A stretch of DNA of 64,000 nt from a virus (lineage: Duplodnaviria > Caudoviricetes). How positions within the stretch are numbered: position 1 is the first letter of the stretch; every line of letters starts with the position of its first letter. The notes beneath the pieces are model-generated. The model did not search any database. It was not told where the DNA came from and worked only from the letters and a program-made list of their open reading frames with translations. The position numbers and the translations under genes are program-made. Below are positions 1-11,024 of this stretch, in pieces. Location: positions 13,709 to 77,708 of the IMG/VR virus record IMGVR_UViG_2597489865_000010, one strand, 5' to 3'.

Positions 1-1395
1 GTCACCCTGCGGGTAATGATGAAACGTCGCGCGGTGCCTTCCGCCATGGCCTGGCTGCTGGTCATCTATATTCTGCCGCTGGTGGGGATTATTACTTATC
101 TGTTATTCGGCGAGCTCAACCTGGGTAAACGCCGCGCCGAGCGTAGTAAAGCGCTCTGGCCCTCCACCGCCCAATGGATTGAAGATCTGAAAGGGTGTCG
201 TCGCATTTTTGCCAGTGAAAATAGCGAAGTGGCTCGCTCTTTGTTTCAGCTCTGCGAGCACCGACAGGGCATGGGCGGCCTGAAAGGTAATCAAATGCAG
301 CTGCTGACCAGTACCGATGATGCGCTGCGGGCGCTGATTCGCGATATCGGTCTAGCGCAAAACAATATTGAGATGGTGTTCTATATCTGGCAGGCCGGCG
401 GCCTGGTGGACCAGGTAGCGGAAGCGTTAATGGCCGCGGCGCTGCGCGGCGTACGCTGCCGGCTCATGCTCGATTCGGCCGGCAGCGTGGCGTTTTTTCG
501 CAGTCCCTACCCCGCGCTGCTGCGCGACGCCGGCGTGAATGTAGTGGAAGCGCTGCACGTCAGTATCCTGCGCGTATTTCTGCGCCGTATGGATTTACGC
601 CAGCATCGCAAAATGGTGCTGATTGACAATTACATCGCCTACACCGGCAGCATGAACATGGTGGATCCGCGCTTCTTCAAACAGGACACCGGTGTTGGCC
701 AGTGGATCGATATCATGGCGCGTATGGAAGGACCGGTGGCCACCGCCATGGGCATCATCTTCTCCTGCGATTGGGAAATAGAAACCGGCGAGCGCATTTT
801 GCCGCCGCCCCCCGACGTCAATATCATGCCGTTTGAACAGGCGACGGAACATACCATACAAGTCATCGCCTCGGGGCCGGGGTTTCCCGAGGGCGTCATT
901 CATCAGGCCTTGCTCACCTCTATCTACGCGGCGCGCGAGCAACTGGTTATGACCACGCCCTATCTGGTGCCGAGCGATGATTTGCTGCACGCCATCTGTA
1001 CCGCGGCGCAGCGCGGCGTGGAAGTCCATATCATCGTTCCGCGTCATAACGATTCAATGCTGGTGGGCTGGGCCAGCCGAGCCTTCTTCGCCGAGCTGCT
1101 GGAAGCCGGCGTGTTAATCCATAAGTTCGAGGGCGGCCTGCTGCATACCAAAAGCGTGTTGGTGGATGGCCAATTAAGTCTGGTGGGAACGGTAAATCTG
1201 GATATGCGCAGCCTGTGGCTGAATTTTGAGATAACGCTGGTCATTGACGATGACGATTTCGGCAGCGATCTGGCGCGGGTGCAGGAGGATTATCTAGCCC
1301 GGTCGCGGCTTATCGAGGCCAGAGTCTGGTCGAAGCGTCCCTACTGGCAGCGTATCGTCGAGCGGCTGTTCTACTTTTTCAGTCCATTGCTGTAA
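1..1395 (+). CDS. clsA: Cardiolipin synthase A (5' end lies just upstream of the window)
   Basis: Two HKD motifs ([16 protein letters not shown]); [21 protein letters not shown]-terminus and C-terminal FFSPLL as in enterobacterial Cls; frame open from base 1. Confidence 0.97.
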   Translation, partial: VTLRVMMKRRAVPSAMAWLLVIYILPLVGIITYLLFGELNLGKRRAERSKALWPSTAQWIEDLKGCRRIFASENSEVARSLFQLCEHRQGMGGLKGNQMQLLTSTDDALRALIRDIGLAQNNIEMVFYIWQAGGLVDQVAEALMAAALRGVRCRLMLDSAGSVAFFRSPYPALLRDAGVNVVEALHVSILRVFLRRMDLRQHRKMVLIDNYIAYTGSMNMVDPRFFKQDTGVGQWIDIMARMEGPVATAMGIIFSCDWEIETGERILPPPPDVNIMPFEQATEHTIQVIASGPGFPEGVIHQALLTSIYAAREQLVMTTPYLVPSDDLLHAICTAAQRGVEVHIIVPRHNDSMLVGWASRAFFAELLEAGVLIHKFEGGLLHTKSVLVDGQLSLVGTVNLDMRSLWLNFEITLVIDDDDFGSDLARVQEDYLARSRLIEARVWSKRPYWQRIVERLFYFFSPLL

Positions 1396-1443
1396 TTTTG
1401 CCAGACGGCATGCTGTAATAGCGCCAATTCAGTTAACGGGACA

Positions 1444-1773
1444 GTGATGATGGATCTGGACAATCTTCTGACGGATGACGAAACGCTCGAAGCGGCCTAC
1501 GATATTTTTCTCGAACTGGCGCAGGATAATCTCGATCTGGCGGATATCCTGCTGTTCAATTTGCAATTTGAACAGCGGGGCGCGGCAGAGGTGTTTGACC
1601 CCTCAGAGGCGTGGCATGAGCAGGTGGATTTCGATCTCAACCCCGATCTGTTCGCCGAAGTGGTGATAGGGCTGGCGGAACAGGACAGGATGGCGGTCAA
1701 CGACGTGTTTGCGCGTATCCTGATTTGCCGCGCCCGCACCGAGAAAGTCTGCCACATCTTGTGGAAGGAGTGA
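1444..1773 (+). CDS. yciU: HI1450-family acidic dsDNA-mimic protein YciU
   Basis: [15 protein letters not shown]...FARILICR...CHILWKE; conserved cls-yciU-opp synteny. Confidence 0.93.
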   Translation: MMMDLDNLLTDDETLEAAYDIFLELAQDNLDLADILLFNLQFEQRGAAEVFDPSEAWHEQVDFDLNPDLFAEVVIGLAEQDRMAVNDVFARILICRARTEKVCHILWKE

Positions 1774-1902
1774 GTCGAATCGCGTCCGCGGTAGGCATCC
1801 GCCGGGCTTGCGCCGCCCCTTGAGAAAAAGCCGGTTCGGCGCGGGCGGTCAACTGACGCCCGGCCGCGGCGAAAGCCGACCCGCCGCCGGGCGGGTCAGG
1901 CG

Positions 1903-2918
1903 CTATTGCGCCAGTTGGGCAACATCCACCTTGATGCAGGAGCAGGCGTGGCGGAAACTGCCCTGTAGGATAGGCCGCGTCACGGCGCACGTCTCGTCGG
2001 CCATCGGGCAGCGAGTACGGAACACACACCCCGACGGCGGGTTAATCGGCGATGGCAAATCCCCCTCCAACAGCTGAATTTCCTTATTACGCTCTTTATC
2101 CGGGTCCGGAATCGGCACCGCCGACATTAAAGCGCGCGTATAGGATGCTGTGGATTGTGGTACACCTGATCATAGGTACCGAGCTCCACCGCGTGGCCGA
2201 GATACATCACCAGAACCCGATCAGAGATATGCTTGACCACCGCCAAATCGTGGGCAATGAAGATTAACGACAGCCCCATTTCCCGCTGCAGCTGCTGTAG
2301 CAAATTCACCACCTGCGCCTGAATCGACACATCCAGCGCCGATACGGGTTCATCGCAAATCACCAGCTTGGGCTCGAGGATGAGCGCGCGGGCAATACCA
2401 ATGCGCTGGCATTGACTACCGGAAAACTCGTGGGGATAGCGGTTGATAAGGTTGGGCAGCAGCCCGACCTTCATCATCATGTTGCGCACTTTTTCCTTCA
2501 CTTCCCGGCGCGGCATTATCGGGAAATAGGTTTGCAGCGGTTCCGCGATAATGTCGCCAATGGTCATACGGGGGTTTAACGAGGCCAGCGGATCCTGGAA
2601 AATCATCTGGATATCGCTGCGCGTGGCGCGCCACTGCGCCGTATTCATATCCTGCAACTCTTTCCCCAGCCAGGCGATGCGCCCGCTGGTGGCCTTGACC
2701 AGACCAATCAGCGCCCGGGCAAACGTCGATTTGCCGCAGCCGGACTCGCCGACCACGCCAAGGGTTTCGCCCTCGTACAGCCGCAGGGACACGCCATCCA
2801 CCGCCTTCAGGCTTTTGGCGGGCTGCCAGAACCACTGTTTATCCCCTTTGACGTCGAAATAGACCTTTAAATTGTCGACGTCGAGAATGACTTTCTTCTT
2901 GTCGGCCAGGGTGCTCAT
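1903..2918 (-). pseudogene. oppF: Oligopeptide ABC transporter ATPase OppF, frameshifted near 2135
   Basis: GESGCGKS Walker A; C-terminus ([17 protein letters not shown]) lies in a separate ORF 1903-2127. Confidence 0.93.
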
Positions 2919-3941
2919 ACCAGCTCCTCCAATGGCTTATAACAGGCGCGCAGGCGCTGATCGCCAAAGCGTTCCAGCGGCGGCATGGTGGCGCAAATAT
3001 CCATTGAATAAGGACAGCGCGGCTGGAACGGACACCCCTTGGGTAAGCGCAACAGATTAGGCGGATTGCCGGGGGATGGTGGTCATAATGGCGCTGCCGT
3101 CGGCATCCAAACGCGGCACCGCCGCCAGCAGGCCGATGGAATAAGGATGACTCGGGCGATAGAACACATCCCGCGCCTTGCCGTACTCCATGGTGCGGCC
3201 GGCGTACATCACCAATACCCGATCGCAGATGCCGGCCACTACGCCCAGATCGTGGGTGATCATGATAATGGCGGTATTAAACTCGCGTTTGAGTTCGTTG
3301 AGTAAATTCATGATTTGCGCCTGGACCGTTACATCCAGCGCGGTGGTCGGCTCATCGGCGATCAGCAGTTTCGGTCGGCACAGCAGCGCCATGGCGATCA
3401 TTACCCGCTGGCGCATGCCGCCGGAAAACTCATGGGGATACATACGCATCCGCTTGCGCGCTTCGGACATTTTCACCGCATCCAGCATACGCACGGACTC
3501 GGTGAAGGCGTCATGCTTACTTATCCGTTTATGCAACTGCAGCACTTCCATCAATTGATCGCCCACGCGCATGTAGGGATTCAATGAGGTCATCGGATCC
3601 TGGAAAATCATCGAAATCTGCTCGGCGCGCAGTTTATTTAATTGCTTTTCCGGCAGGTTGAGGATTTCGCGGCCGTTAAACATCGCGCTACCGTCGATAC
3701 GGCCATTGCCCGCCAGCAGCCCCATCAACGCGAAAGCGGTTTGGGACTTGCCCGAACCGGACTCGCCGACGATGCCCAGCGTCTCGCCGGCGCGCAAGGT
3801 AAAATTCAGATCGTTGACCACGGTCACCTCGCCATCCTGGGTAGCGAAAGTGACCCGCAAGTCGCGCACATCCAGCAGCGCCGGCGCGGCGGTGTCCGCA
3901 GGCGTCATCGCGCCCGGCACCGAAGTGTGATTCGTGCTCAA
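2915..3941 (-). pseudogene. oppD: Oligopeptide ABC transporter ATPase OppD, frameshifted near 3070
   Basis: GESGSGKS and FSGGMRQR; ORF stops at 3057 while the C-terminal RACYKPLEELV* continues in another frame to 2915. Confidence 0.93.
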
Positions 3942-3952
3942 CGCGGCACTCC

Positions 3953-4851
3953 TTAACGGTCTTTCGGATCGAGGGCGTCACGCAACCCATCGCCGATAAA
4001 GTTAAAACAAAATAACGTCACCACCAGAAGCAGCGCTGGGAAAATCAGCAGCCAGGGAGAGACCTCCATCGAGTTGGCGCCATCGCTCAACAAATCGCCC
4101 CAGCTGGACAGCGGCTCCTGGGTACCGAGCCCGAGAAAGCTCAGGAAAGACTCAAACAGAATCATGCTCGGCACCAACAGCGACGCGTATACCACCACCA
4201 CACCCAGTACGTTCGGCACGATGTGACGCAGAATAATGTTGCGGGTGGACACGCCGCTGACGATCGCCGCCTCGATAAATTCTTTACGCTTGAGGCCCAG
4301 CGTCTGGCCGCGGACGATACGGGCCATATCCAGCCAGGAAACTAACCCGATGGCGACGAAAATCAAAAAGATGTTCTGCCCGAAAAACGTCACCAGCAGG
4401 ATGACGAAAAACATGAACGGAAACGAGTTAAGGATTTCCAGCAGCCGCATCATCAGAGAATCGACCTTGCCACCGAGATAACCGGACATCGCGCCATATA
4501 ACGTCCCCACCACCACCGCCACCAGCGCGGCGGCAATGCCCACCATCAGCGAGATACGTCCGCCGATGGCCACCCGCACCAGCAAATCACGACCGGAGGA
4601 ATCAGTGCCGAAATAGTGCTGGGAGGCGATATCCGGCGCGTTGGACATCATGGCCCAGTCGGTATCGTCATAGCGGAAAGCGGACAACGACGGCGCCAAT
4701 ATCACGAACAGCGCAATCAGCAGCAGGATAAACAAGCTGGTCAGTGCCGCTTTGTTATGGATAAAGCGTCGGCCCACAGGCTGCGGCCCTCCACTTCCAA
4801 TTATTCACTGAATTTCTCCAGAGCTTCGCTATTTTTCTTACTCACAATCAT
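3953..4851 (-). pseudogene. oppC: Oligopeptide permease OppC, nonsense codon plus small deletion near the N-terminus
   Basis: MIVSKKNSEALEKFSE* then LEVEGRSLW shifted relative to RRFIHNKAA...DGLRDALDPKDR. Confidence 0.9.
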
Positions 4852-5548
4852 TTGCGCGCTCCAGCGTCAATAACGGATTTTCGGGTCGATAACCGCATAC
4901 AGGACATCGACAATGGCGTTAAACAAGATGGTCAAGGTGCCCAACAGAATGGTCAGGCTCAGCACCAGCGAATAATCGCGGTTGAGCGCGCCGTTCACAA
5001 ACAGCTGGCCAATACCGGGCAGATCATAAATCGTTTCTATCACCATTGAGCCGGTAATAATGCCCACAAACGCCGGTCCCATGTACGAAATGACCGGCAG
5101 CAGCGCCGGCTTCAAGGCGTGGCTGAAAATAATCCGCCGCATCGGCAATCCTTTGGCGCGCGCGGTGCGGATAAAATTGGAATGCAGCACTTCAATCATC
5201 GAACCGCGGGTTATGCGGGCGATGCTGGCGATATAAGCCAGAGAAAGCGCGACCATTGGCAAAATAACAAATTTGGGCTCGCCGCCGTTCCAGCCGCCAC
5301 CGGGCAACCATTTGAGCGTGATGGCGAAAATCAGCACCAGCAGCGGCGCCACCACGAAACTGGGAATGACCACGCCGGTCATCGCGAACCCCATTGCGAG
5401 ATAGGCCCATTTGGTGTTCTGCTTGAGCGCCGCCATGACGCCCGCAGCGACCCCGACCACTACCGCCAGCAAAAATGCCGCGAGGCCGAGCTTGGCCGAG
5501 ACGGGGAATGAGTTGGCCACCAGATCGTTGACCAAGTAGTCTTTATAT

Positions 5549-6603
5549 GGCTTTGTTGAATAAATCGAACTTTTAGGTGACTGGCGGCTCTGATCACTAC
5601 ATTCGTTTCAACATCAGGTCCCCATGGCAAAGCAAAAGTTTAAAATCACCAACTGGCCCGCATACAACAATGCGCTCAGGCAGCGGGGGGACCTGACAGT
5701 ATGGCTTGATGAGTCAGCCATTGCTGCATGGACTGAGAGTACACCACCTGAACATCGTGGCCGGCCGCTTCACTACACCGATATGGCCATTACCACGGTT
5801 CTGATGATAAAGCGCGTGTTTAACCTTTCGCTCCGGGCGTTACAGGGTTTCGTTGACGCGATTTTTAAACTGATGGGGCTGTCGCTGCGCTGCCCAGATT
5901 ACTCTCTGGTCAGCCGGCGAGCAAAAACCGTCGACATCAGCATAAAAACGCCAACCCGCGGCGAAATCTCACACCTGGTCATCGATGGCACCGGCCTGAA
6001 AATCTTCGGCGAAGGCGAATGGAAAGTCAGGCAGCATGGGGCTGAGAGGCGCAGAGTATGGCGCAAGCTTCATCTGGCAGTAGATAGCGCGACACATGAA
6101 ATTATCTGTGTCGATTTATCGCTAAGCGGTACGACAGATGCGCAGGCGCTGCCCGGGCTGATTAACCAAACCCACCGGAAAATCAGGGAAGCGTCGGCTG
6201 ACAGTGCTTACGATACGCGTTACTGTCATGATGCTCTGGTGAGGAAAAAAATAAAGCCGCTTATCCCACCGCGAAGTGGTGCGCAATATTGGCCAGCTCG
6301 ATACCATGAGCGTAACCATGCGGTGGCAAATCAGCATCTGAGCGGCAATAACGATACCTGGAAAAAGAAAGTAGGTTATCACCGGCGTTCACTGGCTGAA
6401 ACGGCCATGTTCCAGTTTAAAACACTTCTGGGTGGTCATCTGAGTCTGCATGACTATGACGCGCAGGTAGGTGAGGCTATGGCAATGGTCAAAGCGCTTA
6501 ACCGGATCACGCTGTTAGGAATGCCAAACAGCGTTCGCATCATGTAACAATCGCCCTGATAGGGAGGAAGTCGTCACAAATTTCGGATTTATTCAACAAA
6601 GCG
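5549..6603 (+). mobile_element. IS5 family (IS903 group) element, 1055 bp
   Basis: 18-bp IRs GGCTTTGTTGAATAAATC / GATTTATTCAACAAAGCG; 9-bp TSD TCTTTATAT (5540-5548, 6604-6612). Confidence 0.97.
5624..6547 (+). CDS. IS903-like DDE transposase, 307 aa, intact
   Basis: MAKQKFKITNWPAYN; DGTGLK, WRKLHLAVD, GYHRRSLAETAM motifs. Confidence 0.96.
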   Translation: MAKQKFKITNWPAYNNALRQRGDLTVWLDESAIAAWTESTPPEHRGRPLHYTDMAITTVLMIKRVFNLSLRALQGFVDAIFKLMGLSLRCPDYSLVSRRAKTVDISIKTPTRGEISHLVIDGTGLKIFGEGEWKVRQHGAERRRVWRKLHLAVDSATHEIICVDLSLSGTTDAQALPGLINQTHRKIREASADSAYDTRYCHDALVRKKIKPLIPPRSGAQYWPARYHERNHAVANQHLSGNNDTWKKKVGYHRRSLAETAMFQFKTLLGGHLSLHDYDAQVGEAMAMVKALNRITLLGMPNSVRIM

Positions 6604-6949
6604 TCTTTATATTTAAACGACGGACCGAAATCACCGTGGGCCAGCTGCACTAAATAATTGCCGTATTGCGTGAGGATGGGATCGTTCAGATGATATTTGG
6701 CTTCTATGTTGGCCATCACTTCCGGCGGCAGGTTGCGCTTGCCGGTAAACGGGCTGCCGGGCGCCAGGCGCATCATAAAAAATGAGATGGTGATCAGAAT
6801 GAACAGCGTTGGAATCGCTTCCAGCAGCCGTCGGAGAATAAACTTTACCATTACCAGACCTATAACATAGCAGTAGACGATAAAGCGTTTGTAGAACAAA
6901 CAGGCCATGACCGCCAGCGGTCTGCCCTGTTGTCACGCGTTAAACATCC

Positions 6950-7707
6950 TTATTGTTTGATAATGTATAGATCTTTTACATATACATTATCCAGCGGATC
7001 TTTACCGGTATAACCCCCTACGTAAGGTTTAACCAAACGGGCGTTAACATAGTAATACACCGGGACGATTGCCGAGTCTTTATCCAACTGCTGTTCCGCC
7101 TGCTGATAGAATCCGGCGCGCGCATCTTCCGAACCGGCCTGTAGGGCCTGGACCAGCAGTTTGTCAAATGCCGGACTCTTATAATGTGCGCTGTTGTTGG
7201 AGCTGTTGGACTGCATAATGTTCAGGAAAGACGTCGGTTCATTATAATCCGCACACCAGCCGGCCCGGGAGACGTCGAAATTGCCCTGATGGCGGGTGTC
7301 CAGGAAAGTTTTCCATTCCTGATTTTCCAACTTCACATTCACGCCCAGGTTCTTTTTCCAGATGGACGCCACGGCGATAGCCAGCTTTTTGTGCAGATCC
7401 GAGGTGTTGTACAGTAAATCAAAGGTCAGCGGTTTATCTTTAGTGTAACCCGCCTCGGCCAACAATTTACGCGCCTCCTCGTTGCGCTTCTCCTGCGACC
7501 AGCCGGACCATTCCGGCGCCGTCAGCTTAGCACCGTCGGTGTAGGGCGGCGTAAAGCCGTAGGCCGGAAGATCGCCCTGCGCTTTCACTTTGTTGACGAT
7601 GATATCGCGATCCAAGCCGAGCTTCAGCGCGGTACGCACGCGCGCATCGGTGAACGGCGCCTTCTGGTTATTGATTTCGTAATAATAGGTGCACAGGTAG
7701 GGATCAA
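6950..7707 (-). pseudogene. oppA: Oligopeptide-binding protein OppA, C-terminal part only
   Basis: IDPYLCTYYYEINN...RAGWCADYNEP...DLYIIKQ; similarity stops abruptly at 7708. Confidence 0.92.
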
Positions 7708-7805
7708 TGTAGCGATGCAAAATATTCTGGACTAATTTGCAAACAATTCTGGACTCCCTAAAACCCTAAAAAATAGCTATTTTGGACAGTCCAGAATTGG
7801 TTACA
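7708..7805 (+). mobile_element. Orphan TGT-terminated transposon or transposable-phage end with three 18-bp binding-site repeats
   Basis: TGT at the oppA breakpoint; direct repeats at 7716-7733 and 7738-7755; inverted copy at 7788-7805. Confidence 0.65.
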
Positions 7806-7819
7806 AAATTTATAGCTAA

Positions 7820-8029
7820 GGTAGACGTCAATGTAGTTATCGTATCTGTTAAGTTATGCAGCGAGAGATTTCTGCTCCCGATTTAGCCAAACTTCGTCCT
7901 GACAACTCCGGTTCCGTGTTTGACCTGACCACAGGTTAGATTACGGATTTTGACGGCCACACAGATCTATTTTCGTTTCTCCAGCGACTCCCCATTTTCT
8001 GCGGAGATACAGCTGATTGGGGAGTCACA
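7820..8029 (-). pseudogene. Degenerate IS3-like transposase C-terminus with probable terminal repeat
   Basis: Minus strand reads LEKRK*I...KIRN/ /WSGQTRNRSCQDEVWLNREQKSLAA* (stop 7854-7856), resembling the RWSGxTRNW..V.LN tail; IR-like GGTAGACGTCAATGTAGTTATCG at 7820. Confidence 0.6.
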
Positions 8030-9345
8030 GAGCCTGTTTAGAAATTTGTGTATTTGCCTGATTTTGATATGTTCAATCCAACATCAAAAACAGGTTAATT
8101 TATGGACGAAAAACAGTTGCAGGCTCTGGCTAACGAACTGGCCAAAAATCTCAAAACCCCTGAAGATCTCGGTCACTTCGATCGGCTGCTGAAAAAAATC
8201 AGCGTCGAAGCAGCTCTCAATGCCGAAATGACCCATCACCTCGGCTACGATAAAAATCAGCCTAAACCGGGGACCAACGCCCGCAACGGCTATTCCACAA
8301 AAACCGTTACCACTGGCGATGGCCCGCTGGCGCTGCGTACTCCGCGCGATCGTGACGGTTCCTTTGAACCGCAACTGGTGAAGAAGAACCAGACCCGGAT
8401 TACCGGGATGGATAACCAGATTTTATCGTTGTACGCCAAAGGGATGACCACCCGCGAGATCGCCGCCGCGTTCAAAGAGCTGTATAACGCCGATGCCTCG
8501 CCGGCGCTGGTCTCAAAGGTCACCGATGCGGTCATGGAGCAGGTTGTCGAATGGCAAAACCGGCCTCTGGATGCAGTTTATCCCATTGTTTATCTTGACT
8601 GTATCGTTCTAAAAGTCCGGCAGGACAGCCGCATCATCAACAAATCTGTGTTCCTGGCGCTGGGTATCAACATCCGAAGGCCAGAAAGAGTTGCTAGGTA
8701 TGTGGCTGGCCGAAAATGAAGGCGCAAAGTTCTGGCTGAACGTGCTGACAGAGCTGAAAAACCGCGGCCTGAACGATATCCTTATCGCCTGCGTAGACGG
8801 GCTGAAAGGCTTCCCTGACGCTATTAACGCGGTGTATCCGGAGGCGCGGCTCCAGCTGTGTATCGTGCATATGGTGCGCAACAGCCTGCGGTTCGTCTCC
8901 TGGAAGGACTACAAGGCCGTCACCCGCGACCTGAAAGCTATCTATCAGGCCCCTATGGAAGAAGCCGGCTTACAGGCGCTGGAAGCGTTCTCCAGTGCCT
9001 GGGACATCCGCTACCCGCAAATAAGTCGAAGCTGGCAGGCAAACTGGGCCAATCTGGCCACGTTCTTTGCCTACCCAACGGACATCCGCAAGGTGATCTA
9101 CACGACCAACGCCATCGAGTCGTTAAACAGCGTGATCCGGCATGCCATCAAAAAGCGCAAGGTGTTCCCGACCGACGACGCAGTGAAAAGGGTGGTGTGG
9201 CTGGCGATACAGGCGGCCTCACAGAAATGGACAATGCCTTTGAGGGACTGGCGCATGGCAATGAGCCGCTTTATTATCGAGTTCGGTGACCGCCTGGACG
9301 GTCACTTCTGAGAAAAGGCATTTACACAGAATCCGGTACGGGCTC
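8030..9345 (+). mobile_element. IS256 family element; transposase 8102-9311 frameshifted near 8675
   Basis: Ends GAGCCTGTTTAGAAATTTGTGTA / TACACAGAATCCGGTACGGGCTC; PRDR, DGLKGF, YTTNAIE motifs; no TSD. Confidence 0.95.
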
Positions 9346-9364
9346 CGCGGGTGTATGGCTGAAG

Positions 9365-9665
9365 CTATTTCAGCACTTTCAAAATAGCGGTCATGAGGCC
9401 AACGGCAGCAATCAGCATCCCTCCGACACGAACCGTCATCTGTAATCCCAGCTTATCAAACCTGTTAGCAATATCCTACGGACATCGGCTATCTCTACAC
9501 GGATAAGTCCTTACGGACATCGTCAAGGTCACGCTTGGTAGCCACACCCGCCACCTCATGAGACTTACGGACGGCAATAGAAATCGCCTTGGCCTGGTCT
9601 TTCGGCAACCCGGCGTTTTCCAGTGTCTCAACGAATTCTTGAGTATCAAATGCGACTTGGCCCAT
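9365..9665 (-). pseudogene. DUF1640/CCDC90-like phage coiled-coil protein with C-terminal TM helix
   Basis: MGQVAFDTQEFVETLENAG...ATKRDL; stop at 9495; C-terminal MTVRVGGMLIAAVGLMTAILKVLK* downstream. Confidence 0.75.
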
Positions 9666-9730
9666 GGGGAAGTCCTCCTGTTTATGCCAAGTGTAGCGTA
9701 TCCACCACATCAACGGAAGGAGTAACACCA

Positions 9731-10021
9731 ATGGCTCCGGCATTTCCAAGCATTTATGGTGCTAACTATTCAACACAAAACGGAAGGTTCTTTCAACGAC
9801 GAGGCGATATCTGGATACAGATTGAACGATATCTGCCATGTGCCACTGGAACTCTAAATGAACCGCTTGAGGCAACGGCCCTTCGTTGGCTAAACGAACT
9901 GGAGAACGGAACGCTCAAGACCAAACGAGCCATCGGAAGTACGGGAGCTACCAAGACCGCTGTATACAAGCTAACCGAAGGTGGCCTCAAAAATAGTTCA
10001 CCTATGAAGTTTACAAAGTAA
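9731..10021 (+). CDS. Phage hypothetical protein (early-left operon)
   Basis: AAGGAG RBS before ATG 9731; 96 aa ORF co-oriented with downstream phage genes. Confidence 0.55.
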   Translation: MAPAFPSIYGANYSTQNGRFFQRRGDIWIQIERYLPCATGTLNEPLEATALRWLNELENGTLKTKRAIGSTGATKTAVYKLTEGGLKNSSPMKFTK

Positions 10022-10051
10022 TTAACTACATCAACGAAAGGAGTTACCTCC

Positions 10052-10672
10052 ATGAACATGAATGACTTCATTGAAATGTTGCAGGAAAAGAAGATCCCGT
10101 ACTCCATTGACGGAGATAAGATTTTCGTCAATGGAAACCTCAATCTCCATGATGCGAGCATTACCAATTTACCGGACAACCTGAGTGTTAGAGGCTGGCT
10201 TGATCTCCGCGGTACAAGCATAACCAGCTTACCGGACAATTTGAGTGTTGATGGCAGCCTTTACCTCCGCGGTGCAAGCATAACCAGTCTACCGAATGGT
10301 CTGAGTGTTGGCGGTGATCTTGGTCTCAGCCGCACAGGCATTACCCGCCTACCGAAAAACTTGAGCGTCGGTGGCAGTATTGACCTCTGCTATACGGGCA
10401 TTTCTAGCTTGCCGGATAACCTTGAAGTTTATGGGTCAATATATTTACAGCCCAACAGAATAACCAACATTGTCTATCGTGAATTCTGGAAACATGACTA
10501 TTACACGGTTTTTGCTGCTTGGCTAAATGGCGCGTACTGCGTTGTTGTTAACGAAAAGATTTATACATTGAAAGAGTTTGACGGCGAATCAGTAATAGCA
10601 GATGTCGAACAGGCGGCGCGGGAATGCGTGGCTGAATTAGAGCAACGCAGGAAAACCGGGGGTGCGGCATGA
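10052..10672 (+). CDS. Phage leucine-rich-repeat protein (20-aa repeats GxLxLxxTxITxLPxNLxVx)
   Basis: About five 60-bp repeats visible at 10130-10450; AAGGAG RBS. Confidence 0.85.
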   Translation: MNMNDFIEMLQEKKIPYSIDGDKIFVNGNLNLHDASITNLPDNLSVRGWLDLRGTSITSLPDNLSVDGSLYLRGASITSLPNGLSVGGDLGLSRTGITRLPKNLSVGGSIDLCYTGISSLPDNLEVYGSIYLQPNRITNIVYREFWKHDYYTVFAAWLNGAYCVVVNEKIYTLKEFDGESVIADVEQAARECVAELEQRRKTGGAA

Positions 10673-10947
10673 AGTCCTTTAACGTGAAACAAGTAGAGAA
10701 ATTCCGTGATGTGTTCCCTGAGCTGACCACGATAGAACAGCTTGAAACGGCGATGCTCTTCTCTCTTGGCCTCTCCAAAAAAGAGATTGCAGCGGCGCGT
10801 GATGTTGCTTACATAACGGTTGAAAAGATGCTTGATGCAATAAAAAGCAAATTTAATCTTTACTCTTTAAATAATCTGCTTTCTGTCTTTCAGGTCCGGC
10901 TGGTGTTTTTTGCCTTAACTGGCGGCACAGTAAAAAATAAGAAATAA
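10669..10947 (+). CDS. LuxR-type HTH regulator
   Basis: LTTIEQLETAMLFSLGLSKKEIAAARDVAYITVEKMLDAIKSKF; ATGA overlap with the LRR gene. Confidence 0.75.
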   Translation: MKSFNVKQVEKFRDVFPELTTIEQLETAMLFSLGLSKKEIAAARDVAYITVEKMLDAIKSKFNLYSLNNLLSVFQVRLVFFALTGGTVKNKK

Positions 10948-11024
10948 GGATAACCCACGCGCTAGAAAAATGGCAATAGGCGAACGTTAGCCAGTTCCTA
11001 CAACGCCACTAATCACTAATCTCG

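Larger units (their letters stand above)
4867..6851 (-). pseudogene. oppB: Oligopeptide permease OppB interrupted by an IS903-like element
   Basis: MVKFILRRLLEAIPTL...GPSFKYKD | IS | VNDLVANSFPVSAKLG...DPKIRY. Confidence 0.95.

Noticed and set aside
1774-1902. GC-rich hairpins between yciU and oppF as a possible sRNA or REP
   Set aside because: Consistent with an ordinary terminator region between convergent genes; no second copy seen
8858-9289. Recurrent alternative-frame and antisense ORFs inside IS copies (e.g. 143 aa MYRAYG..., 86 aa MITYFL...)
   Set aside because: They recur only because the IS copies are near-identical; no independent coding evidence
10130-10450. 60-bp tandem periodicity suggesting a DGR template or non-coding array
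   Set aside because: Explained by 20-aa LRR coding repeats; no reverse transcriptase and no adenine-specific variation
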